From Rhodospirillaceae bacterium (lineage in GTDB: Bacteria; Pseudomonadota; Alphaproteobacteria; Reyranellales; JAQSWP01), in NCBI GenBank assembly GCA_040255215.1, contig JBDZUM010000008.1, positions 1-57,496 of the forward strand: a stretch of DNA of 57,496 nt, given 5' to 3'. Position numbers and translations under genes: made by a program. Numbering within the stretch: position 1 is the stretch's first letter; each line of letters opens with the position of its first letter. The notes below the pieces were generated by a model. The model had not been told where the DNA came from, made no database searches, and saw only the letters and a program-made list of their open reading frames with translations. Positions 31,457 to 42,150 of the stretch are shown here, piece after piece.

Positions 31457-31870
31457 GCTGTCCGCTTCCTCTTCCTCGGCCTGCGCTTCCAGCGCCTCCA
31501 TGTCGTCGTCGGAAAGGCCGAAATGATGGCCGATCTCGTGGATCAGCACATGGCGGATCAGATGCTCGAGATCCTCGCCGCTGTCGCACCAGTAGTCGAG
31601 CAGCGGCCGGCGATAGAGGAAGATCATGTCGACGTCGGACGGCGTCCAGGCGACGCTCTTGCTGCCCAGTTCGACGCCGCGATAGAGGCCCAGCAGGTCG
31701 AATGGGGTCTCCAGCCCCATCTCGCGCTCGGTCTCCTCGTCGGGGAAGTCGACGACGCGGATCACCACGTCGCCGACGAAGCGGCGGAACTGTTCGGGCA
31801 GATCGGCATAGGCCTGCCGCGCGATGTCTTCGCAGTCGGAAAGCGAGGGCGGTGTGCTGTAGGATGGCAT
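31445..31870 (-). CDS. Zincin-like minimal metallopeptidase
   Basis: [20 protein letters not shown]. Confidence 0.88.
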   Translation of the reverse strand: MPSYSTPPSLSDCEDIARQAYADLPEQFRRFVGDVVIRVVDFPDEETEREMGLETPFDLLGLYRGVELGSKSVAWTPSDVDMIFLYRRPLLDYWCDSGEDLEHLIRHVLIHEIGHHFGLSDDDMEALEAQAEEEEADSLRS

Positions 31871-31947
31871 GCAGGATACATAGGCCGGCGACAGGCCGAC
31901 GCCAAGAGCGTCCGCGCGTCCGGCGGGTCGATCAAGGAGGCAACGCG

Positions 31948-32241
31948 ATGGTCAAGAAACTGACGCCGGCGAAACGCAAGGCGGCCCTGGCCGGGCTCAA
32001 GGGCTGGAAATCGGTCGACGGCCGCGACGCCATCGCCAAGTCGTTCAAGTTCGGCGATTTCAACGCCGCCTTCGCCTTCATGACCAAAGTGGCGCTGGCG
32101 GCCGAGAAGGCGGACCACCATCCCGAATGGTCGAACGTGTGGAACAAGGTCGACATCGTCCTGTCGACGCATGACGCGGGCGGCGTGACCGAGAAGGACA
32201 TCGCGCTGGCGAAGTTCATCGAGCAGGCCGCAAAGGGGTAG
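31948..32241 (+). CDS. phhB: Pterin-4-alpha-carbinolamine dehydratase
   Basis: DHHPEW, STHDAGG; AAGGAGG SD. Confidence 0.92.
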   Translation: MVKKLTPAKRKAALAGLKGWKSVDGRDAIAKSFKFGDFNAAFAFMTKVALAAEKADHHPEWSNVWNKVDIVLSTHDAGGVTEKDIALAKFIEQAAKG

Positions 32242-32260
32242 CTGGCGTTTCCTCTGACCT

Positions 32261-32347
32261 CTCATGCTTCGACAGGCTGAGCATGAGGATTTTTGGTCAT
32301 GCGGCTACGACACCAATGTCCTCATCCTGAGCTCGTCGAAGGATGAG
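32261..32347. repeat. REP/REPIN-like doublet of inverted palindromes
   Basis: CTCATGCTTCGACAGGCTGAGCATGAG and CTCATCCTGAGCTCGTCGAAGGATGAG are each hairpins and near reverse complements of each other. Confidence 0.8.
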
Positions 32348-32377
32348 GCCACACAACCTGCCGATTCGTTCATCTGG

Positions 32378-32410
32378 AAAAACAAAAGGCCCGCCGGAGC
32401 GGGCCTTTTG
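32378..32410. terminator. Bidirectional intrinsic terminator
   Basis: CAAAAGGCCCGC-CGGA-GCGGGCCTTTTG between convergent genes. Confidence 0.85.
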
Positions 32411-32430
32411 CGTTCGTGAGAAGCGGCGGC

Positions 32431-33192
32431 TTATTTCGGCGCCAGGCGGATGGCGCCGTCGAGACGGATGGTCTCGCCGTTCAGCATCGGGTTCTCGACG
32501 ATCGCCATGGCGAGCTGGCCGTATTCGCTGGGATCGCCCAGCCGCGGCGGGAACGGCACCATGGCGCCCAGGCTCTTTTTGGCCTCTTCCGGCAGCGACG
32601 CCATCATCGGCGTGTTGAACAGGCCCGGCGCGATGGTGCAGACGCGGATGCCCATCGACGACAGATCGCGCGCGATCGGCAGGGTCATGCCGACGACGCC
32701 ACCCTTGGACGCCGAGTAGGCCGCCTGGCCGATCTGGCCGTCGAACGCCGCGACCGAGGCGGTGTTGATGATCACGCCGCGCTCGCCGCCGGCCAGCGGC
32801 TCGGCCTTGGCCATCTCGGCCGCCGCCAGGCGGATGACGTTGAAGGTGCCGATCAGGTTGACCTTGATGACGACGTCGAAATCCTGCAGCGGCATCGGAC
32901 CGGTCTTGGAGATGGTGCGGCCGGCGCGGCCGATACCGGCGCAGTTCACGGCGACGCGCGGCACGCCCAGCTTCTCGATCACCGCCTTGACGCCGGCCTC
33001 GGCCGAAGCCGCGTCGCTGACATCGACGTTGCAGAAGATGCCGCCCAGTTCCTTGGCTTTCTTCTCGCCCAGTTCCGCGTTGCGGTCGAAGATCGCGACC
33101 TTGGCGCCCTTGGCGGCCAGAGCCGAGGCGGTTGCGCCGCCCAGACCCGAGGCGCCGCCGGTGACGATGGCGGCAAGTCCTTTAACGTCCAT
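32431..33192 (-). CDS. 3-hydroxyacyl-CoA dehydrogenase type II (SDR)
   Basis: [35 protein letters not shown]. Confidence 0.92.
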   Translation of the reverse strand: MDVKGLAAIVTGGASGLGGATASALAAKGAKVAIFDRNAELGEKKAKELGGIFCNVDVSDAASAEAGVKAVIEKLGVPRVAVNCAGIGRAGRTISKTGPMPLQDFDVVIKVNLIGTFNVIRLAAAEMAKAEPLAGGERGVIINTASVAAFDGQIGQAAYSASKGGVVGMTLPIARDLSSMGIRVCTIAPGLFNTPMMASLPEEAKKSLGAMVPFPPRLGDPSEYGQLAMAIVENPMLNGETIRLDGAIRLAPK

Positions 33193-33304
33193 GATTTTTC
33201 CCCTCTCGGCGTTTTTTGGTTGGATTTCGGCCCGGGTTTTACCAGACGGGGCAAACCCGGAATAGCCCTATTGAGTGGCGGGAAACCGGGCCCATATTGA
33301 ACCC

Positions 33305-33670
33305 ATGAACGAGACTCTCCCTGCCGTCGACCCGCAGAAAATGCAGAGCGACGAGAAGACCGTCGAGCGCGGTTTCTGGCGCAAGCTGGGAAACGTCGCC
33401 GCCCGCATTCCCTTCGCCGACGAAGCGGTGTCGGCGTATTACGCGGCCCGCGACCCGGCAACGCCGATGCGGGTGCGCGGCGTATTGCTGGGCGCGCTGG
33501 CCTATTTCGTGATACCCGTCGATCTCATTCCGGACTTCATCGCCGGGCTGGGCTTCACCGACGACGCCACCGTCCTGCTGCTGGCGGCGCAGACGGTTTC
33601 CGGCCATATCAAGGACGCCCATCGCGAACGTGCCCGCGAAATGCTGGCGGCGCTGCGCGACGAAAAATAG
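33305..33670 (+). CDS. YkvA/DUF1232 family membrane protein
   Basis: ALAYFVIPVDLIPDFIAGLGFTDD. Confidence 0.9.
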   Translation: MNETLPAVDPQKMQSDEKTVERGFWRKLGNVAARIPFADEAVSAYYAARDPATPMRVRGVLLGALAYFVIPVDLIPDFIAGLGFTDDATVLLLAAQTVSGHIKDAHRERAREMLAALRDEK

Positions 33671-33708
33671 CCATCGGCTGCAATTCGCAGCCGCGCTAGC
33701 ATCGCGCC

Positions 33709-34653
33709 ATGCGCACGCGGCCCGAGACCTTCCACGACGGCTACTGGTACTGCTACGCGAACTCGACGGCGATGCTGCTGGCCAGCATCGGCGAGACCGT
33801 ATCGCCGCGCCTGATCGAGGCGCTGAGCGGCGTCGGACTGGGCGCCTTCCAGACGCCCGACAGCCTGCCCTTCTTCAGCGGCCTCGCCGGCCTGCCCGAC
33901 AAAGGGATCAGCGCGGCGCTCGACATACTGGGCTTTGCCTGCGAAGAATCCGCCGCCGAACAAGCCGAGCCCGATCCCATCGACCGGCTGCCGACACTGC
34001 TGCAGCGATCGGCAGTGATTCTCGGCCCGCTCGACATGCAGCATCTGACCTACAATCCCCTGCGGCCGCTCTTTCCCGGCGTCGATCATTTCGTCCTGGC
34101 GCTGGAAATGCAGGACGACCGACTGCGCCTGCACGACCCCGCCGGCTTCGCGCACGCGCTGATCGGCCGCGACGAGCTGAAAGCGGCATGGCGCGCCGAC
34201 GCGATCGCCTACAAGCGCGGGCATTACCGCTACTGGACCGAGCCACGCCGCGACAGGGACGTCAGCGATAGCGACCTGCAGCATCGTGCGCTGGCCTTCT
34301 TTCGCGGGCTCTACGCCGAAGCCGAGGCGCTGGCAGCGCAGAACGGAGCGAAGATCGACGGCGAACTGATCCGCGACTGGTCGCGGATGATCGCCGGCAA
34401 CGGCTTCGATCCCGGCCAGCTCGGCCATCTTACGCGCTTCGCCCTGCCGCTGGGCGCCAAGCGGGCGATGGACTACGCCGCATTCTTCGATCCGTTCATG
34501 CCGGCACTGGCTGCCCTCAAGCGCCGGCAGGCGCAGGCATTCGGCGCCTGCCTCAGCCATGTGGTTGCGCAGGACCGGAACCGGGCAAGCGATACGCTGC
34601 TGCGGTTGGCCGAAATCGAGGACGAAATCGGCCGGCAGCTGCGCGCCGGCTGA
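33709..34653 (+). CDS. Hypothetical protein with papain-like (BtrH-N/C39-like) Cys-His-Asp pattern
   Basis: YCYANSTAMLL, DHFVLAL, LHDP in the order expected for a papain-fold triad. Confidence 0.6.
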   Translation: MRTRPETFHDGYWYCYANSTAMLLASIGETVSPRLIEALSGVGLGAFQTPDSLPFFSGLAGLPDKGISAALDILGFACEESAAEQAEPDPIDRLPTLLQRSAVILGPLDMQHLTYNPLRPLFPGVDHFVLALEMQDDRLRLHDPAGFAHALIGRDELKAAWRADAIAYKRGHYRYWTEPRRDRDVSDSDLQHRALAFFRGLYAEAEALAAQNGAKIDGELIRDWSRMIAGNGFDPGQLGHLTRFALPLGAKRAMDYAAFFDPFMPALAALKRRQAQAFGACLSHVVAQDRNRASDTLLRLAEIEDEIGRQLRAG

Positions 34654-35583
34654 TCAGGGGCCCGCCTTCTCCGATTTCGCTTCCGGGATCACCGGCTTGC
34701 CGAGCTGCGCCTCGCGACGGGCGATGTAGAGCGTCGAAACGACGATGATCAGCGCCCCGGCCAGCGTCCACCAGCTCGGCGTTTCGGCGAAGATCCAGAC
34801 GCCGGCGGCGACCGACAGCGGCAGGCGCAGATAATCGAAGGGCGAGACGACGGAAGCCTCGCCCTCGGTATAGGCGCGGATGATGAAATGCTGGCCGATC
34901 GTGGCCAGAAGCCCCATCGCCGCCGCCATGCCCCAGGCCACGGCGCTGGGATCGCGCCACACCCAGATCGCCGGCCCGATCATGAACAGGCTCGACCAGA
35001 TGGTGAACATGATCAGCGTCGTGTTCGAGCTTTCGCTGCCGGTGAGGCTCTTGACCAGACATACCGCCACCGCCGTCAGCGCCGCGCCAAACAGCGCCAT
35101 CAGCATGACCGGATCGAAGCCGCTCTCGCCGCCCGGCCGCATCATCACCAGCACGCCGACGAAACCGACCGCCGTCGCCGTCCAGCGCCGCCAGCGGACT
35201 TTCTCGCCGAGGAACAGCACCGCCACGACGATGACGAACAGCGGCGTGGTGAAGGAGATCGACGTCACCGCCGCCAGGGTCAGGTGGGTCAGGGCGTAGA
35301 AGCCGATGGCCATCGAGGCGGTGCCGAGCGCGGCGCGCCAGAAATGGGCGAAATGCCGCTTGGAGCGCAGCGAGGCGAAGTTGCGGCGCAGCATCAGGGG
35401 CAGCACGAACAGCAGGCCGAAGATGCAGCGGAAGAAGGCGACCTGCAGGCTGTCGAGCTCGCGGCCCAGCAGCTTGATCAGCACGCCGACGCCGGTGAAG
35501 CACATGCTGCCGGCGATCAGCCACAGCGCCCCGCGCATGTTGGGGGAGAGGGCGTCGAATTTTTCCTTGATCTTGGCGGGCAT
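34654..35583 (-). CDS. DMT/EamA family transporter
   Basis: About 10 TM segments; FLGEKV, VSPFDY, IFAETP. Confidence 0.9.
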   Translation of the reverse strand: MPAKIKEKFDALSPNMRGALWLIAGSMCFTGVGVLIKLLGRELDSLQVAFFRCIFGLLFVLPLMLRRNFASLRSKRHFAHFWRAALGTASMAIGFYALTHLTLAAVTSISFTTPLFVIVVAVLFLGEKVRWRRWTATAVGFVGVLVMMRPGGESGFDPVMLMALFGAALTAVAVCLVKSLTGSESSNTTLIMFTIWSSLFMIGPAIWVWRDPSAVAWGMAAAMGLLATIGQHFIIRAYTEGEASVVSPFDYLRLPLSVAAGVWIFAETPSWWTLAGALIIVVSTLYIARREAQLGKPVIPEAKSEKAGP

Positions 35584-35649
35584 GGCGCGGTTCCGCACCC
35601 TACTGCCCGGCGCGCTCCGACGCCAGCGCCCCGATACCTGCGCCGCCTG

Positions 35650-35760
35650 TCACAGGATGAGCAGCCTTAGCGCATAGGCTACCGCCGCGACCACGGCGAC
35701 GCCGGCGGCCCACAGCCCGACGAACCACAGCAGCCGGCGCCAGCGCTCGCGCATCGCCAT
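35650..35760 (-). CDS. Small membrane protein, DUF2474-like (36 aa)
   Basis: MAMRERWRRLLWFVGLWAAGVAVVAAVAYALRLLIL, 4 nt after the cydB stop; below the ORF-track cutoff. Confidence 0.8.
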   Translation of the reverse strand: MAMRERWRRLLWFVGLWAAGVAVVAAVAYALRLLIL

Positions 35761-35764
35761 GGCG

Positions 35765-36772
35765 TCAGTGATAGCCGCTGTCGCGCGTGACCTTGCCGCG
35801 GAACAGCCAGTAGACATAGGCCGTGTAGGCCAGGATCACCGGCACCAGCACCGCCGCGCCGACCAGCAGGAAAATCTGGCTGCTGCGCACCGTGGCGGCG
35901 TCCCAGATGGTGATCGAGGGCGGCACGATCATCGGATAGAGGCTGATGCCGAGCCCGAGATAGGACAATGCGAACAGCCCCAGCGCGCAGAGGAAAGGCG
36001 TGGCGTGATTGTCGCGCGCCAGCGTGGCAAACAGCCGCCAGGCCAGAAGCGCAACCAGCACCGGCACCGGCGCGGCGAAGAGCATGTTGGGCAGGGTCAG
36101 CCAGCGCTGGTAGAAGCCCTCCTGCAGGAACGGCATGATCAGGCTGATCAGCGCGATGAAGACCAGGGTCGCCACCGCCAGCGGTTTGGCGAAGCCGCGC
36201 ACGCGGGCCTGCAACGCGCCCTCGGTCTTCCAGATCAGCCAGCCGGCACCCAGCAGCCCGTAGCCCGCCACCAGCGCCACGCCGGTCAGCAGCGAGAACG
36301 GCGTCAGCCAGTCCCACCAGCCACCGGCATAGGCGCGATTGGCGACCTCGATGCCCTGCACCAGCGCGCCGAGCGCGATGCCCTGGGTGAGCGTGGCGAC
36401 GTAGCTGCCGCCGGCGAAGGCCACGTCCCACAGGATCTTGCCGCGATCGGTATGCGCCTTGAAGCGGAACTCGAAGGCGACGCCGCGGAACACCAGCGCC
36501 AGCAGCATCAGGATCAGCGGCATGTAGAGCGCCGGCAGGATGGTGGCGTAGGCCAGCGGAAAGACCGCGAACAGCCCGCCGCCTCCCAGCACCAGCCAGG
36601 TCTCGTTGCCGTCCCACACCGGCGCCACGGTATTGACCATGACGTCGCGGTCCTCGCGCTCGGGCATGAACGGAAAGAGGATGCCGACGCCGAGATCGAA
36701 TCCGTCCAGCGCCACGTAGAGGAACACCGCCGTGGCGATCAGCAGCGCCCAGATCAGCGTGAGGTCGATCAT
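35765..36772 (-). CDS. cydB: Cytochrome bd oxidase subunit II
   Basis: LDGFDLGVG, PVWDGNETWLV, RGVAFEFR. Confidence 0.95.
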   Translation of the reverse strand: MIDLTLIWALLIATAVFLYVALDGFDLGVGILFPFMPEREDRDVMVNTVAPVWDGNETWLVLGGGGLFAVFPLAYATILPALYMPLILMLLALVFRGVAFEFRFKAHTDRGKILWDVAFAGGSYVATLTQGIALGALVQGIEVANRAYAGGWWDWLTPFSLLTGVALVAGYGLLGAGWLIWKTEGALQARVRGFAKPLAVATLVFIALISLIMPFLQEGFYQRWLTLPNMLFAAPVPVLVALLAWRLFATLARDNHATPFLCALGLFALSYLGLGISLYPMIVPPSITIWDAATVRSSQIFLLVGAAVLVPVILAYTAYVYWLFRGKVTRDSGYH

Positions 36773-38199
36773 CGCCCGCCCTCCCGGATGCCGGCCGCGT
36801 CGGGAGCGTCGCCGACCATGGCGGGCGCCGGCGTGATGCCCGCGCTGCGCGTCGGCTCGCCGCGCTTCGGCCCTTCCTCGTGCGGATGCGGCGGCCGGGC
36901 GAACAGACGCACCAGGTACCAGATGCCGGCGCCGAACACGACGAAATAGACCACGGCGAAAGCCGCCAGCGAGGTCGCCACAGCCGGTGCGGCGATCGGC
37001 GACACGCTGTCGGCCGTGCGCATCAGCCCGTAGACCGTGAAAGGCTGCCGCCCCGCCTCGGTCACGATCCAGCCGGCCGTGGCGGCGATCGGGCCGGATG
37101 GCGCCATCGCCACCGCCCAGGCAAGGAACGGCCGCATCGTGTAGAGCTTGCCGACCCAGCGCAGCGCCAGGCCGGCGAGCCCCAGCGCGATCATCAGCAG
37201 ACCGATCGCGACCATGATGCGGAACGACCAGAACACCAGCGGCACGTTGGTCGGCCGGTCCTCGCGCGGAAAATCCTTCAGCCCGCGGATCGTGGCCTCC
37301 GGATCGTGCGCTAGGATCAGGCTGCCGAGCTTGGGTATTTCGATGGCGTGCCGGGTTTCCTCCGCCTTCATGTCGGGCCAGCCGAACAGGATCAGCGGCT
37401 GGCCGGCGCGGGTCTCGAAATGCCCTTCCATCGCCGCCACCTTGGCCGGCTGGTGCTGCAGCGTGTTGAGGCCGTGCATGTCGCCCGCCAGCAGCTGCGC
37501 CGGCGCAACGAGTGCGGCCATCCACATCGCCATCGAGAACATGGTGCGCGCGTGCTGGGTGGCGGGGCCGCGCAGCAGATGCCAGGCGCCGACCGCGCCG
37601 ACGATCATCGCGGTGGTCAGATAGGCCGCGATCACCGTGTGGACGAAGCGGTAGGGAAAGGACGGGTTGAAGATGATCTTCAGCCAGTCGTCGGGATGGA
37701 AGAAGCCGTCGGCGGTGACGATGTGGCCGGCGGGCGTCTGCATCCAGGAATTCGCCGCCAGGATCCAGAAGGCCGAGATCAGCGTGCCGATCGCCACCAG
37801 GCAGGTGGCGAGGAAATGCAGCCGCGGCCCGACCCGGTTGAGGCCGAACAGCATGACGCCCAGGAAGCCGGCCTCGAGGAAGAACGCCGTCAGCACCTCA
37901 TAGCCCAGCAGCGGGCCCAGCACCGGCGCGGTCCGGTCGGAGAACACCGACCAGTTGGTGCCGAACTGGTAGGACATGACGATGCCCGACACCACGCCCA
38001 TCGCAAAAGCGACGGCGAAGATCTTGAGCCAGTACTTGAAGAGATCGAGATAGTGCTCGCGCCTGGTCAGCAACCACAGGCCTTCGAGCACGGCGAGATA
38101 GCTCGCCAGGCCGATGGTGAAGGCCGGGAACAGGAAATGCCATACGACGGTGAAGGCGAACTGGAAACGCGCCAGGTTGAGAGCGAGATCCTGCTCCAT
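36769..38199 (-). CDS. cydA: Cytochrome bd oxidase subunit I (short Q-loop, CIO-like)
   Basis: ARFQFA...H, FFLEAGF, NSWMQTP, QPAKVAAMEG, EAGRQP. Confidence 0.95.
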   Translation of the reverse strand: MEQDLALNLARFQFAFTVVWHFLFPAFTIGLASYLAVLEGLWLLTRREHYLDLFKYWLKIFAVAFAMGVVSGIVMSYQFGTNWSVFSDRTAPVLGPLLGYEVLTAFFLEAGFLGVMLFGLNRVGPRLHFLATCLVAIGTLISAFWILAANSWMQTPAGHIVTADGFFHPDDWLKIIFNPSFPYRFVHTVIAAYLTTAMIVGAVGAWHLLRGPATQHARTMFSMAMWMAALVAPAQLLAGDMHGLNTLQHQPAKVAAMEGHFETRAGQPLILFGWPDMKAEETRHAIEIPKLGSLILAHDPEATIRGLKDFPREDRPTNVPLVFWSFRIMVAIGLLMIALGLAGLALRWVGKLYTMRPFLAWAVAMAPSGPIAATAGWIVTEAGRQPFTVYGLMRTADSVSPIAAPAVATSLAAFAVVYFVVFGAGIWYLVRLFARPPHPHEEGPKRGEPTRSAGITPAPAMVGDAPDAAGIREGGR

Positions 38200-38325
38200 G
38201 GGCTTCCTCCGTCGTCGCCGGATTGCGGGCGGCGGCCATGCGGATGCGGCGGCTCACCTGTCCGCCGGTGCGACCTTCAATCTAGGTGTCTTTCGCTGCC
38301 GGCGCACGACGCCATCTTGTCCCAT

Positions 38326-38340
38326 CGGACGCAACGTCGC
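38326..38340 (-). promoter_or_regulatory. Candidate RegA/RegR/PrrA box upstream of cydA
   Basis: GCGACGTTGCGTCCG versus GNGRCRTTNNGNCGC; mismatches in the last two positions. Confidence 0.4.
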
Positions 38341-38355
38341 AGCCGGGCCTGTGGT

Positions 38356-39009
38356 TCAGGCCAGGCCGGGTTTTACCGTCAGCGACGCCTCGGTCGATTT
38401 CTTCACCTGATCGACGCTGACCCCGTCGGCCAGCTCGATTAGCGTGACGCCGGGCTTGCCCTTCTTGTCGATGGTGAAGACGCCCAGCTCGCTCACCACC
38501 ATGTCGACCACGTTGGCCCCGGTCAGCGGCAAGGAACAGGATTTCAACAGCTTGGAGGCGCCGTCCTTCGAGGTGTGCTCCATCACCACGATGACCTTCT
38601 TGACGCCGGCGACCAGATCCATCGCCCCGCCCATGCCCTTGACCATCTTGCCGGGGATCATCCAGTTGGCCAGATCGCCGTTCTCCGCCACTTCCATGGC
38701 GCCCAGGATCGACAGGTCGATATGGCCGCCACGGATCATGGCGAAGCTGTCGGCGCTGCTGAAATAGGACGTGTCCGGCAGCTCGCTGACGGTTTCCTTG
38801 CCGGCATTGATGATGTCGGGATCGACCTCGTTGTCGAGCGGATACGGCCCCATGCCCAGCATGCCGTTCTCGCTCTGCAGCACCACGTGCATGCCTTCGG
38901 GAATGTAGTTCGATACCAGCGTCGGAATGCCGATGCCGAGATTGACGTAGAAACCGTCCTGCAGCTCCTTGGCGGCGCGGGCGGCCATCTGTTCGCGGGT
39001 CCAGGCCAT
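38356..39009 (-). CDS. scoB: 3-oxoacid CoA-transferase subunit B
   Basis: [13 protein letters not shown] catalytic Glu, GMGGAMDL. Confidence 0.93.
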   Translation of the reverse strand: MAWTREQMAARAAKELQDGFYVNLGIGIPTLVSNYIPEGMHVVLQSENGMLGMGPYPLDNEVDPDIINAGKETVSELPDTSYFSSADSFAMIRGGHIDLSILGAMEVAENGDLANWMIPGKMVKGMGGAMDLVAGVKKVIVVMEHTSKDGASKLLKSCSLPLTGANVVDMVVSELGVFTIDKKGKPGVTLIELADGVSVDQVKKSTEASLTVKPGLA

Positions 39010-39035
39010 GACGATGCCCTCCTCTGCTGACCGGT

Positions 39036-39737
39036 TCAGATCTTGCGCGTGGTGCGCTTCTCGATGCGCTTCTCGTACGGCGTGCCGAGAATGATGCGGT
39101 CGACGTAGATGCCGGGCGTATGAATGTGGTCGGGATCGATCTCGCCGGGCTCCACCAGGATCTCGACTTCGGCCACGGTCTTCTTGCCAGCGGTCGCCAT
39201 CATCGGGTTGAAATTGCGCGCGGCCTTGCGGAACACGAGATTGCCGGCCTTGTCGCCCTTCCACGCCTTGACCAGCGACAGGTCGGCGACCAGCCCGCGC
39301 TCCATGACGTATTTCTCGCCGTCGAACTCGCGCACGTCCTTGCCTTCGGCGACCAGCGTGCCGACGCCGGTCTTGGTGAAGAAGGCGGGGATGCCGGCGC
39401 CGCCGGCGCGGATGCGTTCGGCCAGCGTGCCCTGCGGGTTGAATTCCAGCTCGAGTTCGCCGGCCAGGTATTGCTGGGCGAAGATCTTGTTCTCGCCGAC
39501 ATAGGACGAGATCATCTTTTTGATCTGGCGCGTTTCCAGCAGCAGGCCAAGGCCGAAGCCGTCGACGCCGGCATTGTTGGAGACGCAGGTCAGGTCCTTG
39601 GCGCCGGTGTTGCGCAGCGCGTCGATCAGCTTTTCGGGAATGCCGCACAGGCCGAAACCGCCGGCCATCACCATCATGCCGTCGAACACCAGCCCGTCGA
39701 GCGCCGCCTTGGCGTCGGAATAGACCTTTTTCGCCAT
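39036..39737 (-). CDS. scoA: 3-oxoacid CoA-transferase subunit A
   Basis: [31 protein letters not shown]. Confidence 0.93.
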   Translation of the reverse strand: MAKKVYSDAKAALDGLVFDGMMVMAGGFGLCGIPEKLIDALRNTGAKDLTCVSNNAGVDGFGLGLLLETRQIKKMISSYVGENKIFAQQYLAGELELEFNPQGTLAERIRAGGAGIPAFFTKTGVGTLVAEGKDVREFDGEKYVMERGLVADLSLVKAWKGDKAGNLVFRKAARNFNPMMATAGKKTVAEVEILVEPGEIDPDHIHTPGIYVDRIILGTPYEKRIEKRTTRKI

Positions 39738-39890
39738 TTCGTATCCTTGTCTGCCGGGAAAATGCCGTGGGTCGGCCTTTTATGCGGGCCGGCCCAAGCC
39801 GAGTCAACGTCCCGCACCGCAGCATCGGCAGCGCGGCGCCGACTGTGCCTGCCGCGCCCTGTCCTGTCTCTTTAGTTGGCAGCCCCCTCG

Positions 39891-40826
39891 TCAGCGCGAG
39901 CGCAGCCGCACCAGCAGCAGCGACCCGCCGATCACTAGCAGCCCGGAAACGATCTCGGCCGGCCCCAGCGCCGGCCAGGGCAGCCAGCCGGCCAGGGCGC
40001 AGCCGGCCTCGAACACCAGGCAGGCGAAGGGCAGCAGCGCCAGGGTGGCCAGATAGGTCTGGGTGCCGGCCAGCCGCACCGCCAGCAGCGCCAGATACAT
40101 GGTCGGCCCGCGCAGCAGCACCCCGGCCAGCGCGCCGGCGATCAGCAGGTCGGTCGAGGCGAAGAGCTGGCCGAAATCGCCGAAGGCCAGCGCGTTGCTG
40201 CCGATGCTGATGCCGAGCGCGCCCGTCAGCGCCCAGGCGGCGATGAACATCGCGGCGGTGACCATCAGCACTGTGCCGGTGAACAGGCAGCGCGCCTTGA
40301 CGTCGTCGCGGCGGTTTTCCGGATGGCGCTCAATCAGCAGGGTCGAGGCCACCACCGCGCACTCGGCGATCACCTCCAGCAGCACCGCCGGATTGAGCAG
40401 CCCGCCGGGCAGGGAAAAGGCCATGGTGGCGATACCGGCGATCATCACGCCATGCGCCAGGATCTGCCCCCGCGGCAGGCGCTGGCGGGTGACGATGACC
40501 AGCACCAGCGCCGCCAGCGGCACGTTCATCGCCGCCAGCAAAGTGTCCTGCATGACCGTGACGTAAAGCAGGGCCGCGGATGCGGCGCCGGCGCTGACCA
40601 CGCGCAACGCGCCATAGGCCCAGATCGAGGGCGACAGCAGCGAGGCCCAGGCGATGGTGGCGCGGCGGCCGAACGCCATCATGGCGAGCCCGCCGGTCAG
40701 AAGCTGCACCAGGGTGAAACCCCAGGCGTTGATCTCGAAGCGGATCAGCACCAGGCGCGTGGCGACCAGCAGCACGGCCCAGGCGATGGTCGCGGCTACG
40801 GCGACGGCAAGCGGCGAATTGTTCAT
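39891..40826 (-). CDS. Multi-pass membrane protein, divergent EamA-like
   Basis: About 10 hydrophobic segments in two halves. Confidence 0.7.
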   Translation of the reverse strand: MNNSPLAVAVAATIAWAVLLVATRLVLIRFEINAWGFTLVQLLTGGLAMMAFGRRATIAWASLLSPSIWAYGALRVVSAGAASAALLYVTVMQDTLLAAMNVPLAALVLVIVTRQRLPRGQILAHGVMIAGIATMAFSLPGGLLNPAVLLEVIAECAVVASTLLIERHPENRRDDVKARCLFTGTVLMVTAAMFIAAWALTGALGISIGSNALAFGDFGQLFASTDLLIAGALAGVLLRGPTMYLALLAVRLAGTQTYLATLALLPFACLVFEAGCALAGWLPWPALGPAEIVSGLLVIGGSLLLVRLRSR

Positions 40827-40836
40827 GTGAGTGGTT

Positions 40837-42111
40837 TCAGGCGGTACGCAGCAGCATGCGATTGGCGGAATTGAACACGGCGAACACCTGGTCGAACTGG
40901 CGTTTGAAGCGCTCCCAGTCGAGCGACGAATCGAGCGTCCGCAATTCGCCGTGGATGTCGCCCAGCGAGCGCCTGCCGTCGCAGCGCGTCAGGATGGCGC
41001 CGGCCAGCGGCGGCAGGGCTGCACGCCATTTCACCCCGTCGAGATCGCCGCTCAGCGCGCCGGCCTTGCGCACCGAAGCCGCCAAAGTCGCCCCGTCCAG
41101 CTCGCGCAGCACAGGGACGGCCTGCGGGCCATCGGCGCGGGCGATGCAGGCGGGCAACCGGCCGGGCCATGTCAGATAGACGGTATGGGTCGTCAGATTG
41201 CCGGCCAGTTGCTCGGCCAGCGCCGCCCGGTCCAGCCAGGGCAGTTCCGCGGCGCGACGGCGCAGCGCCGGGTCGGCGACATAGGTGTCGGGATTGTAGC
41301 GCACCGGCTCAATGAAGGCCGCGATCTGCAGCCCGGTCGACGCCACAAGTGCGGCCAGTTCCGGCACGTCGTAGGCGCGGTCGCGGGCATGCAGCAGCAG
41401 GTCGAACAGACCGGCGTCGCCGCCCTGCACGTGATCGGACAGGAACGGGTTGCGCTTGAACCAGTTGGTCGGCGGCAGCGCCTCGAGCAGGCGGCGGGCC
41501 AGTCGCACCCGTTCGGCGACTTCGAGGTCTGGCGGCGCCAGCAGGCGCAGCGCATCCTGCATTTCGTAGACTCCGGTGCGGCCGTGCCGGCCATAGACCA
41601 TGATGCCCAGACCACCCTCTCCGGCCAGAACGCCCGCCAGCGCCCGCAGCCCGGCCTCGGGATCGGCGAGATGGTGCAGCACGCCGGTGCAGTCGATGTA
41701 GTCGAAGCGCCCGCCGATGCTGGCGCCGACGTCGAGCAGCGAGCCGGTGTGGAAGGTGATGCCGCCGAGACCACGGGCGGCGGCGCGCGCTTCGGCGACC
41801 GACCGCGCCGCCTGCGAGAGATCGAGATAGTGCAGTTCGGCCGGGCAGCCGAGATCGGCCAGCTGCTGCGCCAGCATGATGCAGGCATCGCCCGTGCCGC
41901 CGCCGGCGATCAGGACGCGAAACGGCTGCGTCCAGTCGCGCCGCCCGGCGAACAGATAGTGGTCGATTTCGACCACCTGGCTGGGCGAGCCGACCACCAG
42001 GCGCTTCTTCTCGTCGCGCGGATCGCGGGCGGGATAGGGCAGCGCCTCGTACTGCGCCTGCACCGCCGCATCGCGGGCGTCGCCATCTGGTCGGTCGCTG
42101 TGGCTTGTCAT
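40837..42111 (-). CDS. Class I SAM-dependent methyltransferase with C-terminal extension
   Basis: QYEALPYP, VLIAGGGTG, FDYIDCTGVLHHL. Confidence 0.88.
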   Translation of the reverse strand: MTSHSDRPDGDARDAAVQAQYEALPYPARDPRDEKKRLVVGSPSQVVEIDHYLFAGRRDWTQPFRVLIAGGGTGDACIMLAQQLADLGCPAELHYLDLSQAARSVAEARAAARGLGGITFHTGSLLDVGASIGGRFDYIDCTGVLHHLADPEAGLRALAGVLAGEGGLGIMVYGRHGRTGVYEMQDALRLLAPPDLEVAERVRLARRLLEALPPTNWFKRNPFLSDHVQGGDAGLFDLLLHARDRAYDVPELAALVASTGLQIAAFIEPVRYNPDTYVADPALRRRAAELPWLDRAALAEQLAGNLTTHTVYLTWPGRLPACIARADGPQAVPVLRELDGATLAASVRKAGALSGDLDGVKWRAALPPLAGAILTRCDGRRSLGDIHGELRTLDSSLDWERFKRQFDQVFAVFNSANRMLLRTA

Positions 42112-42150
42112 GGCGGGGCGGGAACGATAAAGCGGGTCCGGGAGGGCGGC

